Shown: piece after piece, positions 29,048-39,808 of the stretch
Layout: the number at the start of each line of letters is the position of its first letter
Position numbering within the stretch: position 1 is the stretch's first letter
Virus record (IMG/VR): IMGVR_UViG_3300042473_001368
DNA: 64,000 bases
Source of the DNA: a virus
Strand: one strand, 5' to 3'
Notes under the pieces: generated by a model
The model's input: the letters and a program-made list of their open reading frames with translations, nothing else
Told to the model about the DNA's origin: nothing
Database searches by the model: none
Position numbers and translations under genes: made by a program

Positions 29048-29142
29048 CTCTTAAAAATGAAACGGGGGAGCGCATAGCAAAACACAGTTATCAGCTCCTC
29101 GTCGAGCTAAAACGAACCTCGATATAATTACGTACACGCAAT

Positions 29143-31588
29143 ATGAAATCAACACTCCTATTTCTACAACGGTTTACTCCGCCAAAAGGTTATATGATCA
29201 ACCGCGAGGCGACTCTCGCTGAGCGCAAAGCAATCGGCCGCAAAGCGCTCGTTGATAGACTCGCGCCTGAGATCTGGAACATGCTCTGGGAACTCAATGA
29301 TTACACAACTCTTTCTCACTTCGGAAGTATCACTCATTGGAGCTACAAAGATGGCAAAGTAGAAGCTTGGGTAAATTGCGGTGCTGTTCACTACTATGGT
29401 TTTCAAGAATTCAAAGATATGCTGCTCGACTATGAGCCTACCTATGTGTTACGAATGCATAAGCTCTGCGCGAAGAATCTACGCGATCAAAAGGCTCTAC
29501 GCGGCAATGCTCGTAAGGAAGAAGCAATGAAACATCTTCGCGAGGTTCAGGTGAAGCCCACAGAACGTAAAGCGACCAAGCCGGTCAAGATCAAGATCGA
29601 CCTTGAGATCGAAGCTTGGCTCTGAGTGCATAACGAACTCCGATACAATGGGCGTATGAAAAAGAGCCGCAAATTGTCAAAGTCTTTTGACTATAGCCCC
29701 ATCGCGCTTAGAGCGTTAACGCGCCACAGTTATGCTCCTCCTGTGAAGAAGTTCAAGGATAAGAAGCATGACGCTAAGAAGTACGGGTGCCGCTCGAAGC
29801 AAAACGAACTCTGATACAATACCTCAGTGTATAATACCAACAACAAAACATCTGAAGAGCTTTGGGCGATCACTTCTGAAACAGGAGCGATATTGTGGAG
29901 CCGTGGCGGCTCCAGCTCTACACCACGGCTTATGGTTTATGAATCTGAAAAGAAAGCTGAAGCTGCTCTCAAAAGTTCCTGGACAAAGCAAGTTCATAAT
30001 GCTGATGCAGTCCAGATTCGTAAGATCTATTCCGCTCCGCAAAACGAACTCCATTATATTTAACGCACACAGCATATGAAAGACTTCTTCCCACCACAAT
30101 TTGATCGCAACAAAAACGGCTCACTCTTTGATCGCGGTAGCGCGGATGCTTACTACCGTCGCGCTTTTGAACCGCATTGGTATCCAGAAGGTACTTACAA
30201 TGGCGAGAAGATTACGAACTTGACCTCGGAAGAGATCGAGGAATACCGCGCAGGGTTCAAATATCAAGAATCGACTGGCGTCTTCAAAGAATATTAATCA
30301 AAACGAACTCCGATATAATTAACGCACACAGCATATGAAATTACCAACACGTACAAATATTAAGAAGATCCTTAACCGCTACGACCTTTCTCGCAGCTAC
30401 ACGGACAAGCGAGCGAATGGAAACCGGATCAAGATCTCGACACGGATGAGCGAAGAATCAATAGAGCTCATTCAAAAGGAACTTTCAAAAGAGTTTCCTC
30501 ATCTTGACATCGTTGTCAAACTTATTGATTCAAAGTTCACGTCTTCCGGTGGTTCACGAATCTGCACTGCAATTTACTCTTCCGTCAAGCTCAGCTAAAC
30601 GAACTTCATTATAATTAACTTGTAACCAACAACAAACACATTAACATTATGCCATTTACTACAATCGTCGCTCCTGAACAAGTCCGTCAACAATTCACCG
30701 CTCTGCGCGATAAGCTCAAAGCTACCGATAAGCTGCTGATGCAAGCTTGCTGGGATACAGTCCAAGAGCTGCTCTTCACTGCAATGTCTGAAGAAGATCT
30801 TGCGAACCGAATCGATAAGCTTCGTGCTGATCAAAAGGTAGTTAAGGCTGCTCTCAAGCCTGCTGCTAAGAAAGCTCCAAAGAAGGAGGCTAAGAAAGAA
30901 GCTCCTAAAGCCAAGAAGGAGAAAGCGCCTAAAGCTAAGAAGGAGAAGGAAGTTCCTTCTAAGCCAGTAGCTAAGAAGTCCAAGAAGAAACTGCTCAAAG
31001 AAGCACCGCTTGTCCTTACTGAAGGAGAGCGCATCATCGCTGAGGACGACGATGTTCCTTGCTTCGTCTCGGTAGGCTAAGTTATGCGGCCCTGAGCATT
31101 TGGCGTAAAAAGGCTCAAAGCTTTACGAACTCTAATATAATTAGGCGATGCAAGTAGAACTAAACAAACTGATTGACGACCTGAGTGAAAAGTTTTGGAA
31201 CAATTGTACCTTTTCAAAGCCAGCGGCTAATGCGAGGGAAAGTGTTCTCCAAACAATCAAAGCATATTTCATTAAGAAAGATCTTGTGATCGTTTCACGT
31301 GTTGAATATGACCGGCTCTTGAAAGAAATTGAAAACATAAGAGAGTCAGAAAACGGAACGCCTTACTAAAACGAACTTCAATATAATATTGGTATGATGA
31401 ACAACACTACACGCAACACTACTACTCGTTCAAACTGGTCTGTCAAATTTGGAGCTGTAAAGTCCGTAGACGCTTCCGAAGTGATCTTCAAAGCAACCGT
31501 AAAGGTCAATCCTTATCTGCGCTCTAAGACCTACTTGAAGCGTCCAGGCATCTCGATGAAGGGTAAAACGAACGCAGAAGCTTACTAA
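29143..31588 (+). CDS. Eight motif-headed single-gene cassettes (29143..29625, 29656..29814, 29827..30063, 30076..30297, 30335..30598, 30649..31080, 31148..31369, 31394..31588)
   Basis: Each preceded by AACGAAC-type motif; 30649..31080 has a Lys/Ala/Pro-rich histone-H1-like tract. Confidence 0.75.
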
Positions 31589-31606
31589 CTTGACTAAATA
31601 ACGTCA

Positions 31607-32017
31607 ATGAAAAGAGATATCGACTTACTCAACGAAGCGTACAACAAAGTGCGCAAACAATCACAGCTCACTGAAGGCAGAAAGGATGGTAACTTTGACG
31701 ATTACGAAACTGATCAAATGAGACGTTTTAACGATCCGAATTACGATGACGAAGACGATGAACCATTGTCTGACTATGATGCAGGCAAGGTGCGCGTCGG
31801 AGACGTCAAAGCATGGGAAGCTCTCTTAGCTGCTGTTGAAGGTGATGAGAACATCGATGCAGATAGATTCCTACAGATGTGGGCGCAATCAACAAAGCAG
31901 AACCCTGCTGGTCTTGATCTCGATAGATGCATCAATGACTTCGCATCTGCTTCTGGTATCGGTCTCGCTTTCGATCCTACAGACAATACTCTGTATGTGG
32001 ACGATTATTACGATTGA
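31607..32017 (+). CDS. Acidic late protein (possible internal virion protein)
   Basis: ACTAAATA upstream; MKRDIDLLNEAY...LTE. Confidence 0.7.
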   Translation: MKRDIDLLNEAYNKVRKQSQLTEGRKDGNFDDYETDQMRRFNDPNYDDEDDEPLSDYDAGKVRVGDVKAWEALLAAVEGDENIDADRFLQMWAQSTKQNPAGLDLDRCINDFASASGIGLAFDPTDNTLYVDDYYD

Positions 32018-32046
32018 TCATTCGCTCAGTACAAAACGGTCAAATT

Positions 32047-32074
32047 GGAACCCTCAGTAAATTCTGAGGGTTCC
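32047..32074 (+). terminator. Stem-loop just before motif 32082
   Basis: GGAACCCTCAG/CTGAGGGTTCC 11-bp stem. Confidence 0.6.
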
Positions 32075-32105
32075 GCGTCTAAACGAACTCCGATATAATT
32101 TAGGT

Positions 32106-32561
32106 ATGCTTACGACCACCATCGCAACTTCGATTCAATACGGAAACTACAAAGCGCTTATGAGCCGCATAGAGCAGATCAAAGCACTCATGAAGCACTA
32201 CGCTAAAGCGTTCAAAGATGAATTTGATTACAATCCAAAGGTGGTTGTTCATATGCGCCCCATTAAGGGCCGAGTTGCTGGGAGAGCGTTCTGCAATAAC
32301 CCTCTCATTGAGATTGACCCTCGTTACAAGTTCCGTGAAATCATCGAGACCATCGCTCACGAGCTTACTCACTCAGAGCAATACAAACAAGGTCGATTGA
32401 AGCACCTTGTAGGTAATCAATCGATCTGGGAGAGCCGTACGATGAGCCGAGGAACTACATACTCGCAATACTTAGCGCTTCCTTGGGAGGTTGAAGCTCG
32501 TAAACGCGCTAAGGAGTTCGTTGACAAGTACTTCACTCACAACTACCTCGACGTTGCTTAA
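32106..32561 (+). CDS. Zincin-like HExxH metallopeptidase
   Basis: TIAHELTHSEQY...PWEVEAR. Confidence 0.8.
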   Translation: MLTTTIATSIQYGNYKALMSRIEQIKALMKHYAKAFKDEFDYNPKVVVHMRPIKGRVAGRAFCNNPLIEIDPRYKFREIIETIAHELTHSEQYKQGRLKHLVGNQSIWESRTMSRGTTYSQYLALPWEVEARKRAKEFVDKYFTHNYLDVA

Positions 32562-32589
32562 GCTTAACGAACTCCAATATAATAACATT

Positions 32590-32944
32590 ATGATCAAAGC
32601 AATACTACTCGCAACCGTTACGCTCACCGCACTGTTCCTTCTCATTCAGATCTTCTTTGGCTGGCAGATCGCTGCTGCCTTCGTTGGCGGCTGCGTCGTC
32701 ACCGATCTGTTCTGGGGCTTGGCGTTGCGTAAGAGACTCGCAACGCTGGATGCGCAATAATGAACTTCTGTATAATACTGGTATGACAACATATTGGGAA
32801 CTAGAAAAAGAGTTGATTGAACAGCATGGTCTTGAGAAGGTGAATGAAGCACTTGCTCAGCTTGAAGAGGATCTTGGTCAGAATGGCTTTGATGCTTACA
32901 GAAGTGGAGAGCATGATCTACTTCTCAACTACTTCGAGCAATAA
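32590..32944 (+). CDS. Two small cassette ORFs (32590..32760 membrane; 32783..32944)
   Basis: Each follows a motif copy or variant. Confidence 0.65.
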
Positions 32945-33633
32945 GGAATGAAGCTCGATCGCTTTTCTCGAGCTCTTCTTTTTGCCTCTTTAACATTGCG
33001 TATATGCTCTTCGGTTTGTTTTCTACCTTTGAGTGCTTCCGCCTGTTTCCGTACATGCTCTCGGGTTTGTTTTCTACCTTTCAAAGCTTCGCGTATTTTC
33101 TGCTTATGTTCTTCTGACTTTGGAACTCCCTTCATCGCACAGCAACCAGCAGGAGCTTGCGACTTACGTAAATTGCGCTCTGTTGAATGCTTCTTACCCT
33201 TTAACGCGATACTTATCTTGCGCTTCGTTTCTTCTGATTGATTGCCACCAGCAATACTTCGACGGTAGCTCTTGTTGATAAACTTGTGTTGTAAATCACT
33301 AGTCAAAACCTTCACCAGTACCTTACTCTCCCACAACGACGCTGCTTCAGCTGTATCAAACGTTTTACGAATTTGAATGATGTCAGGCTCACCATATAAT
33401 GTACGGAACTCAGCTACGGTTGCTGATGATGTGAAGTAGGTTACCCAAAAGTCATCAGGATGACAACCTGTGCTGTGTAAGCACTTATATTTTCTTGAGT
33501 ATCTTACTCCGTAATAAAACTTATTAAGTTTAGACCAGCCTATCAAATAGCAATAGGGACGATAAATAGTATTATGCTGTTGGTTTGTTTTCATGACAAT
33601 AGATTGGTTGGGATGTAGGAGTCCGCGAACCAT
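32929..33633 (-). mobile_element. GIY-YIG-like (Seg-type) homing endonuclease with NUMOD3 repeats
   Basis: YCYLIGW...YYGVRY...CHPDDFW..YFTSS; SEETKRKIS, SEEHKQKIREALKG; ACTAAATA upstream on - strand. Confidence 0.85.
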
Positions 33634-33692
33634 ATAATTATATTTAGTCTCTTAGTGTTGTTTTGCATAATGAACTTCGGTATAATTGAGGT

Positions 33693-34358
33693 ATGGAAAA
33701 TAAAGAACATACATCAACCAAGTACGTTTCAGTAAATTACAGCTACCTCGCTGGTGTCCTTACTTCTAAGCTCCTCATGATTGCAGGAGAGCTCTTAAAG
33801 CAGGGCTTACTGAAGGACGACAAGCTCGACGAAGCAATAGCGATCGCCCTCAAAGCGATCGCTGATGCAGAGGAATCTGAGCGCAATTACACTCAAGGTT
33901 AACGAACTTCGATACAATATTATTATGACAGACAAAGACGACGCCTACGCTGCTATTGCCATTCTCGTTGCTTGCTTCGCCGGCATCTGCATCTTCATGA
34001 CCATCTTAACGATTGTTGTGGCTGCTTGCAAATGGATCGCTGGAGTGCTCTAAATCAGAGCTTATTGATTCCCGCTGGGAGCTTTGGGGCTCTCCTATTC
34101 TTTACCAAAATGAGTACAGACACTAATGAAACGATTTATGAAAGGGCTAAAGCGTATGAGGACATGGATGATGATGACCGTGCTTTCGCTATTCACTCTG
34201 CGCGATACATCCTCGAGGAGGTTAGCATGGAGAGGATGGCTGAGATCAGTGGGCTACCACTTGGAGTCATCGCCGCTGCCTTCGACAACATCTTCATCGA
34301 CAAGGACACAGTTCGCACCAAGGTGCCAAAAGGACAGCGCGGACCAAGGCGCCGATAA
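33693..34358 (+). CDS. Three small ORFs (33693..33902, 33925..34053 membrane, 34110..34358)
   Basis: First two are motif-headed. Confidence 0.65.
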
Positions 34359-34390
34359 CGAACTTTGATACAATTACAGTAGACAGACAC

Positions 34391-34481
34391 AAAGGATTTG
34401 ATGTCGCTCATGGTAGGGAAGCAGGGAGGTCTGCCATGAGTGCAATAGCACATAGTCGCCCTGATGCCGACATCATCCTTT
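34391..34481 (+). ncRNA. Candidate pseudoknotted small RNA (overlaps a possible 20-aa ORF 34436..34498)
   Basis: Stems AAAGGAT/ATCCTTT, GATGTCG/CGACATC, CTCATGGTAG/CTGCCATGAG; loop CAGGG can pair with CCCTG; own motif promoter 34357. Confidence 0.5.
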
Positions 34482-34486
34482 ATCTT

Positions 34487-36814
34487 AACGAACTCTGATA
34501 CAATTAGGTATGACCGCTACTGCAGAACCAATCAATGGAGCAACCTATAACAAAGCAGCTCTCGCTGTCTTTTCGAGTCTTTTGATTCACCCTGACTGGG
34601 AGCTCGAAGATCACCTCGCGTACTTGCAACACGAAGTGTACATCGACATCGAGACTCCTATTACCTATTGCTACTGGCCAGATGGGCCAAAGACAGAGCC
34701 TCTCAGAAAGTTCGTTAAATCGTGGTTGAATCGCATAGAGCGTCTCAAAGAGGTTTGCCACGAAATCATGGTAAGCAAGACGGTTAACGAACTCTGATAC
34801 AATATCATTATGCAGACATTCAAACTTCATCGCGAATACATCAGACAATTCATCGATTTCCTCGGCAAGCTTGAGCGCGGTGAACAGATCTCTTACGATT
34901 GGTTCTCTAGCCATCTATCAGATCTTCGTAGGCTCCTTGATGGCTATAACTTTCAATTCGCAGATAATACTATTCAAGTTGAAGACGAAGACCTGCAACA
35001 CATCCTTTGGTTCTTTGAGCGCTTTGACTACTCAGATGATATCGAGGACGGTGATCGCGTTATCTTCGACATCCATACTATGTCGGCTGATGCATTCAAA
35101 GCAATGCGCGTGTACCTCGATTGCCTTAACGAACTCTGATACAATTAGGTATGAACGAAAGCACATTCAACCCAGACATCGATTACAAAGCAACAAACGA
35201 TTGCTCTTATGCAAGCCCTTACAGAGCTTTGCGAAATGACGCGACAATCAGAGTTTCTAAGAAGTTAGCGCGAGAAATTATTCTGCACAATTACACAGTT
35301 GATCGCCTTGATAAAGTTCATAACCTCCAATTGAAGCATATTGGCCTTGGTGTATACGAGGTAAAATTGATACATGATTGCGCTAGCATCAATGGTAAAG
35401 ATGTCGGTCGTAATCTCATTGTTGCATCGTTCTATTGAAACAACAGCACAACGAACTCTGATACAATTACATTATGACAAAGACTTATCCATTCTGGAAA
35501 ATTGCAACTCCCCGCCGCATGATGCTTGGCTATTGCGTGCATGAGATCAAAGTGACACACCTTGGCAAAGGCATCTATGGTTGCAGAGTATTTACCGATG
35601 GCGTGCTCAATGCTGAGAATCGCTGCAAAGGTAAAGAGAACATTCGCTTAGCTTGTCGCGACCTACTGCGCTGGGAGTCTAAGTTAGGCAACATCAGCGC
35701 CTTTGCTCAATCATCTCGCCACCGTCAATAACGAACTCTGATACAATATTACAGAATGACCGAATATCTCGATTCTAAAGGTAATCCTCTTGAAGTAGGC
35801 CACGAGTATGCTCTTGTCACTTACTGGGAAGAGAGCTTCACACCCAACCCTGCTAGTGAGTGGATCAAAGCTGTTTGGACAGGTACTAGCTTTGTGGATG
35901 CAGATGGCTGCAGTTGGACTGAATGGCTTGAGAAGCCTGGTGTGGTTTCTCCTGATGTTGCGTACTAAACGAACTCTGATACAATTAGGTATGATCACGG
36001 AAGCACTCACACGCACATTCAAGCCAACAGAAAGCAACTACCCTTACATCATTCCTGCTCTGCGTAATGGCATGGAGGTAAAGGTGACAAAGAAGATCGC
36101 TAAGGAGTTTGCGTTGGCTGAGCCTGGAATCATTGTTAAGGGTACTGTCCGCTATATTGAGTTTGCTCCAGCTGATCTCGGCCTCGTCGTAATGACTCTT
36201 AAAAACGAACTCTGATACAATTACATTATGCAACGACCGATTATTACTACCGCTTCAGATGGCCGCACCTACACTTGGGATAAATCAGACACCGCATACA
36301 TTGGAGTAGAAACTTCTTGTGGGTGTTATGGAGCTGAGCTACGCGATGATGGTCGCTGGTCTCCTATTAACGTCGAAGGTTGTCACTTCCAAGTCTGGAG
36401 TGATGAAGCGTATGACACTCCAGAAGAAGCATGTGAGCGTTCACATGAAATCTTCACCTGATTAACGAACTCTGATACAATTAAACAGTAACCAAAATAA
36501 ACTAGATGTCAATCACACTTCACATTCCGCAATTAGTTATTACCGTGCTGAGCTGGGCTACCTTGGCTCTTGTTATCTTATTGATCATTACCTGGACGAA
36601 GCGTTTAGCTCTTCATCGCATCTCAGAGGTCAAAGCATTATCAAAAATGTATCTCTGGTTGCTGTTTACGAATGACTTCAAAGACGAGATGGTCCGTAAC
36701 CTCTTTGACAGATACATCAGGAATTTGATGAACCGCGATGACGAGGCCAAGCTCGTATATGATCTAAAGAACATCCTTGATAAGGTCATCAAGAGCAACG
36801 AACTCTAATACAAT
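34487..36814 (+). repeat. Exact 18-nt direct repeat AACGAACTCTGATACAAT x8 (plus one 1-mismatch copy), spaced 236-342 nt
   Basis: 34487, 34786, 35128, 35450, 35730, 35968, 36204, 36464; 36797 variant; also 29803. Confidence 0.95.
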
Positions 36815-37068
36815 ATCAATATATGGAAGTAACTCAATACATGAAGGACACTGGCGTGCTTGTTGAACCTGTTGAATGCGTTCTGGAAGGCATCGATGGT
36901 AATGCATTCGCTCTGATCGGTCATTGGTCGAAGTGTGCCCGTAAAGCTGGTCGTACCGCAGATGAGATCGCTATCGTTCAGCACGAGGCGATGGCCAATG
37001 ACTACGATCACTTAGTAGGTACTCTGGCACGCCACTGTGCTGACTACTGGGAAGATGTTCCCTTTTAA
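34510..37068 (+). CDS. Nine single-gene cassettes (34510..34797, 34810..35139, 35151..35438, 35474..35731, 35756..35968, 35991..36215, 36228..36461, 36506..36808, 36823..37068)
   Basis: One ORF per repeat interval; four end in NEL-stop encoded by the repeat. Confidence 0.8.
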
Positions 37069-37088
37069 TTTCAATGTGTGTGGTTGAC

Positions 37089-37124
37089 AGACTCACCGGT
37101 GCTCAGAGAGATGCCGGTGAGTCT
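37089..37124. terminator. Hairpin ending the cassette array
   Basis: AGACTCACCGG/CCGGTGAGTCT 11-bp stem. Confidence 0.6.
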
Positions 37125-37241
37125 CTGCATCTACCGCGTTATTTCAGAACCGGGTTCTCTAGAGAGAGCGGGTCTCTGAGCATGTAAGCGTTCGAGAATG
37201 TCTATAGCTGAGAGCTTTTAGGAAACGTTTTTAGGCCATGG

Positions 37242-37390
37242 CTCCTATAAATTTTTTTCGCAAATCTCCCAACTCTCCTTATAAAAATTTTTTTTGCTAT
37301 TCTCCCAGACTCCTTATAAAAATTTTTTTCGCAAATCTCGGAATTCCTATAAAATTTTTTTTTTTGCAAATTTTCTATACTCTCTTATAA
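37242..37390. repeat. Four to five imperfect ~34-nt direct repeats CTCCT(T)ATAAAAATTTTTTT(C)GCAAAT
   Basis: TATAAA cores at 37246, 37280, 37315, 37348 and partial TATAA at 37386; non-coding. Confidence 0.85.
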
Positions 37391-37412
37391 CGAACTCTGA
37401 TATAATTACAAT

Positions 37413-37652
37413 ATGGAAACAGTTGAAACATACACACCAGTTCTACGCGAATTTGATTGCTTCTCTGCTGAAATGGTGCTTGATAGCTCTGGTGAATGGG
37501 TGCGCTATGAAGACTACAAAGAACTCTCAGAATATGCAGACAAGCTCGCTGAAGGATTGCCATGCTTGCCAAAGGACATTGAAGTTCTCCGATCCACCAA
37601 CGCCGCGCTTGCTCAACGAGTCTTTGAACTTGAATCTATGCTACACGATTAA
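37413..37652 (+). CDS. Hypothetical protein (GEWVRYEDY motif)
   Basis: After motif 37389. Confidence 0.7.
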   Translation: METVETYTPVLREFDCFSAEMVLDSSGEWVRYEDYKELSEYADKLAEGLPCLPKDIEVLRSTNAALAQRVFELESMLHD

Positions 37653-37671
37653 CAAAAAAAAAAAACTATAA

Positions 37672-38445
37672 ATGAAAAGTCTAATTATCGGCAGCACCGC
37701 CATCAAACACTGGTATCCTGATTTTAAGCGAGAGCCAAAGGATCTTGACTTGATCGATACTGAAACATATATGAGTACAAAGGAAGTTGAACGTCTTTGG
37801 ATCCATCAGTTTCAGGAGCTTCTTGATATTAATATTGATGACCGCTATCTCGATCCAAACAGTCTGCTTACACTCAAGCTATCTCACCTTGGCTGGGATA
37901 TTCTCTGGGAGAAGCATGTAGCGGATGTCGAGTTCCTATTCAGTAAAGGCTGCATGGTCGACCGGGGGTTATACGAGAGACTTGTTGCGGGCTGGATACG
38001 AAAGCATGGTAAGAAATGGGCATCTCTTAAAGGTAAAGACTCTACTACATTTTTTGAAGATGCTGTTGCACGTAAATACAATCATGATAGTATTCATGAA
38101 ATTGTAGCTATCTATGATAAGCCCCTCTACGAACAACTCATTCACGAAGGTGTACAGTGTAGCGAAAAAGGATTTGAAAAACTCTCTTATGAGGATAAAA
38201 TATATCTTGTAAAGGAGGAGGTGTGGGTGACTGCATTAGAGCGGTATCTCATTCCCAATGACTTTAAATACAGTGCTACTCTCGCTTATCAACAAGCGCT
38301 TAAGAAGCTTGCAACAACCATGTCTAGCGGCTGGTTCAAGTTTTTTATTCTCAGTAACATTCATATCCTGAGAAAATGCCGTGACAGATCCTATATTGAT
38401 AAATTTAAAACTGCTGAATCTCAAAACCTAATCAAACTAAACTAA
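37672..38445 (+). CDS. Putative nucleotidyltransferase-like phage protein
   Basis: IIGSTAIKHWYPDF.REPKDLDL (GS...DxD). Confidence 0.65.
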   Translation: MKSLIIGSTAIKHWYPDFKREPKDLDLIDTETYMSTKEVERLWIHQFQELLDINIDDRYLDPNSLLTLKLSHLGWDILWEKHVADVEFLFSKGCMVDRGLYERLVAGWIRKHGKKWASLKGKDSTTFFEDAVARKYNHDSIHEIVAIYDKPLYEQLIHEGVQCSEKGFEKLSYEDKIYLVKEEVWVTALERYLIPNDFKYSATLAYQQALKKLATTMSSGWFKFFILSNIHILRKCRDRSYIDKFKTAESQNLIKLN

Positions 38446-38446
38446 C

Positions 38447-38971
38447 ATGATGATGACTAAAGAACAACAAAAACAAGTACAAATACTCGAACTACAGAAC
38501 CAGATCAAAGAACTCAATAGGCAGATTGAGTTGCTCAGTAAGCGTAAAGGTCTTAAGGATATTACTCCTAAGGAAATTTATACTGACTATCTGCGTCTTC
38601 TAGGTGAAGATGAAGAGACTAGAAAAGATGCTCGTAAATATATTGACATGAGCTTGTTGACTAGTCCTTATACTAAAGACTATGGTATTAATGTACACGA
38701 GTTTGTTACTGCAGAGTTTCAGTATACCCGCGTTCGTCTAACCTTTGATGAATTTACGCTCGAGGTTGTTGACCAGAAGGGTGGCGGTGAAGGCAGTGGT
38801 GAGCATTGGCATAGTGTTCTCAAGGCGGTTGATGTAGCTGATCCTACTATTGTTCGATACTTCTACATTCCTGGTTACTACGCATCTTACGAAGGTACAA
38901 CTATTGACTTTGATGACATCTATGAAGTCACACCTTTCGACAAAGTTGTTGTTGATTGGAAGCGTGCATAA
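38447..38971 (+). CDS. Conserved phage protein (GGEG.GE...GYY.SY.G...EV.P motif)
   Basis: Motif; adjacent to the nucleotidyltransferase-like gene. Confidence 0.7.
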   Translation: MMMTKEQQKQVQILELQNQIKELNRQIELLSKRKGLKDITPKEIYTDYLRLLGEDEETRKDARKYIDMSLLTSPYTKDYGINVHEFVTAEFQYTRVRLTFDEFTLEVVDQKGGGEGSGEHWHSVLKAVDVADPTIVRYFYIPGYYASYEGTTIDFDDIYEVTPFDKVVVDWKRA

Positions 38972-38990
38972 TTAACCCTGCATATTATAA

Positions 38991-39026
38991 AAAAAGCTCT
39001 CTGCATTTACTTGCGGAGAGCTTTTT
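38991..39026. terminator. Bidirectional terminator at strand convergence
   Basis: AAAAAGCTCTCTGCA/TGCGGAGAGCTTTTT. Confidence 0.85.
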
Positions 39027-39052
39027 CTTTTTATTGTTGTTACAAGAAAGGT

Positions 39053-39808
39053 TTATATATTTAGGTCGATCGGGTTGCGACGAACCTTTACACTACCGCT
39101 TACCTTGCATACGCTTCGTATTTGTTCTTCTGTGAATGTTTGCAAGCTATAATCTTTCTCACTACCTTGCGGGTAACAAATAAAGTTGCCATTTACTACC
39201 TTTGGACACCCTTCAAGTGATTCGAGCGGATTTTCTGATACATTGAAAGTATAATCTACATATTCTGGTGCTCCTCTTAAGTCTCTTAGACCGCAACCAT
39301 ATGCGCTAAAGGTACCATATGACCTTACAGGTGCACCTTCTAATGATGTAAGATTCTTATTGTCATTCACTATGTAGTATGACATATTCTGATAGTCAGC
39401 TAACAAAGCTGTTGGACCACCTATAAGGTTTCTTAAATCGCAAAAAGATGCATCAAACCGTCTCATTTCTTGCGGGCAACCTTCTAATGATCTGAGATTG
39501 GTATTATACCTACAATCATACGAACTCCATACTTCATCCGGCGAACCGACAAGACTAGTTAATAGGTTGCGCGATACATCATAACTACCCTTAACGATTC
39601 TTGGGCCGCCTTCTAATGATTTAAGGCTTGATCTACTTACATTAAAATAGCCATAGATAAGACGCGGACTATTCTTTAAGTTTGTGAAACTGTTTTTACC
39701 CGCATACAAACTACCGTGTACCTCGTCTATCTCACCAAGAAACTCGGGTAGCTCTTCGAGATACATTTCCTCTAACTCTATTAAACCTTCTATAATTTTC
39801 TTAGACAT
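39053..39808 (-). CDS. LRR-like protein (degenerate)
   Basis: MSKKIIEG...SLEGGP, SLVGSP, SLEGCP repeats. Confidence 0.85.
   Translation of the reverse strand: MSKKIIEGLIELEEMYLEELPEFLGEIDEVHGSLYAGKNSFTNLKNSPRLIYGYFNVSRSSLKSLEGGPRIVKGSYDVSRNLLTSLVGSPDEVWSSYDCRYNTNLRSLEGCPQEMRRFDASFCDLRNLIGGPTALLADYQNMSYYIVNDNKNLTSLEGAPVRSYGTFSAYGCGLRDLRGAPEYVDYTFNVSENPLESLEGCPKVVNGNFICYPQGSEKDYSLQTFTEEQIRSVCKVSGSVKVRRNPIDLNI

Noticed and set aside
34487-36814. CRISPR array
   Set aside because: Intervals are 236-342 nt and each holds a full ORF; the repeat is a non-palindromic promoter-like 18-mer; no cas genes in the window.
24300-37068. Integron with attC sites
   Set aside because: No tyrosine integrase and no imperfect-palindromic attC between genes; the repeat ends in a -10 hexamer.
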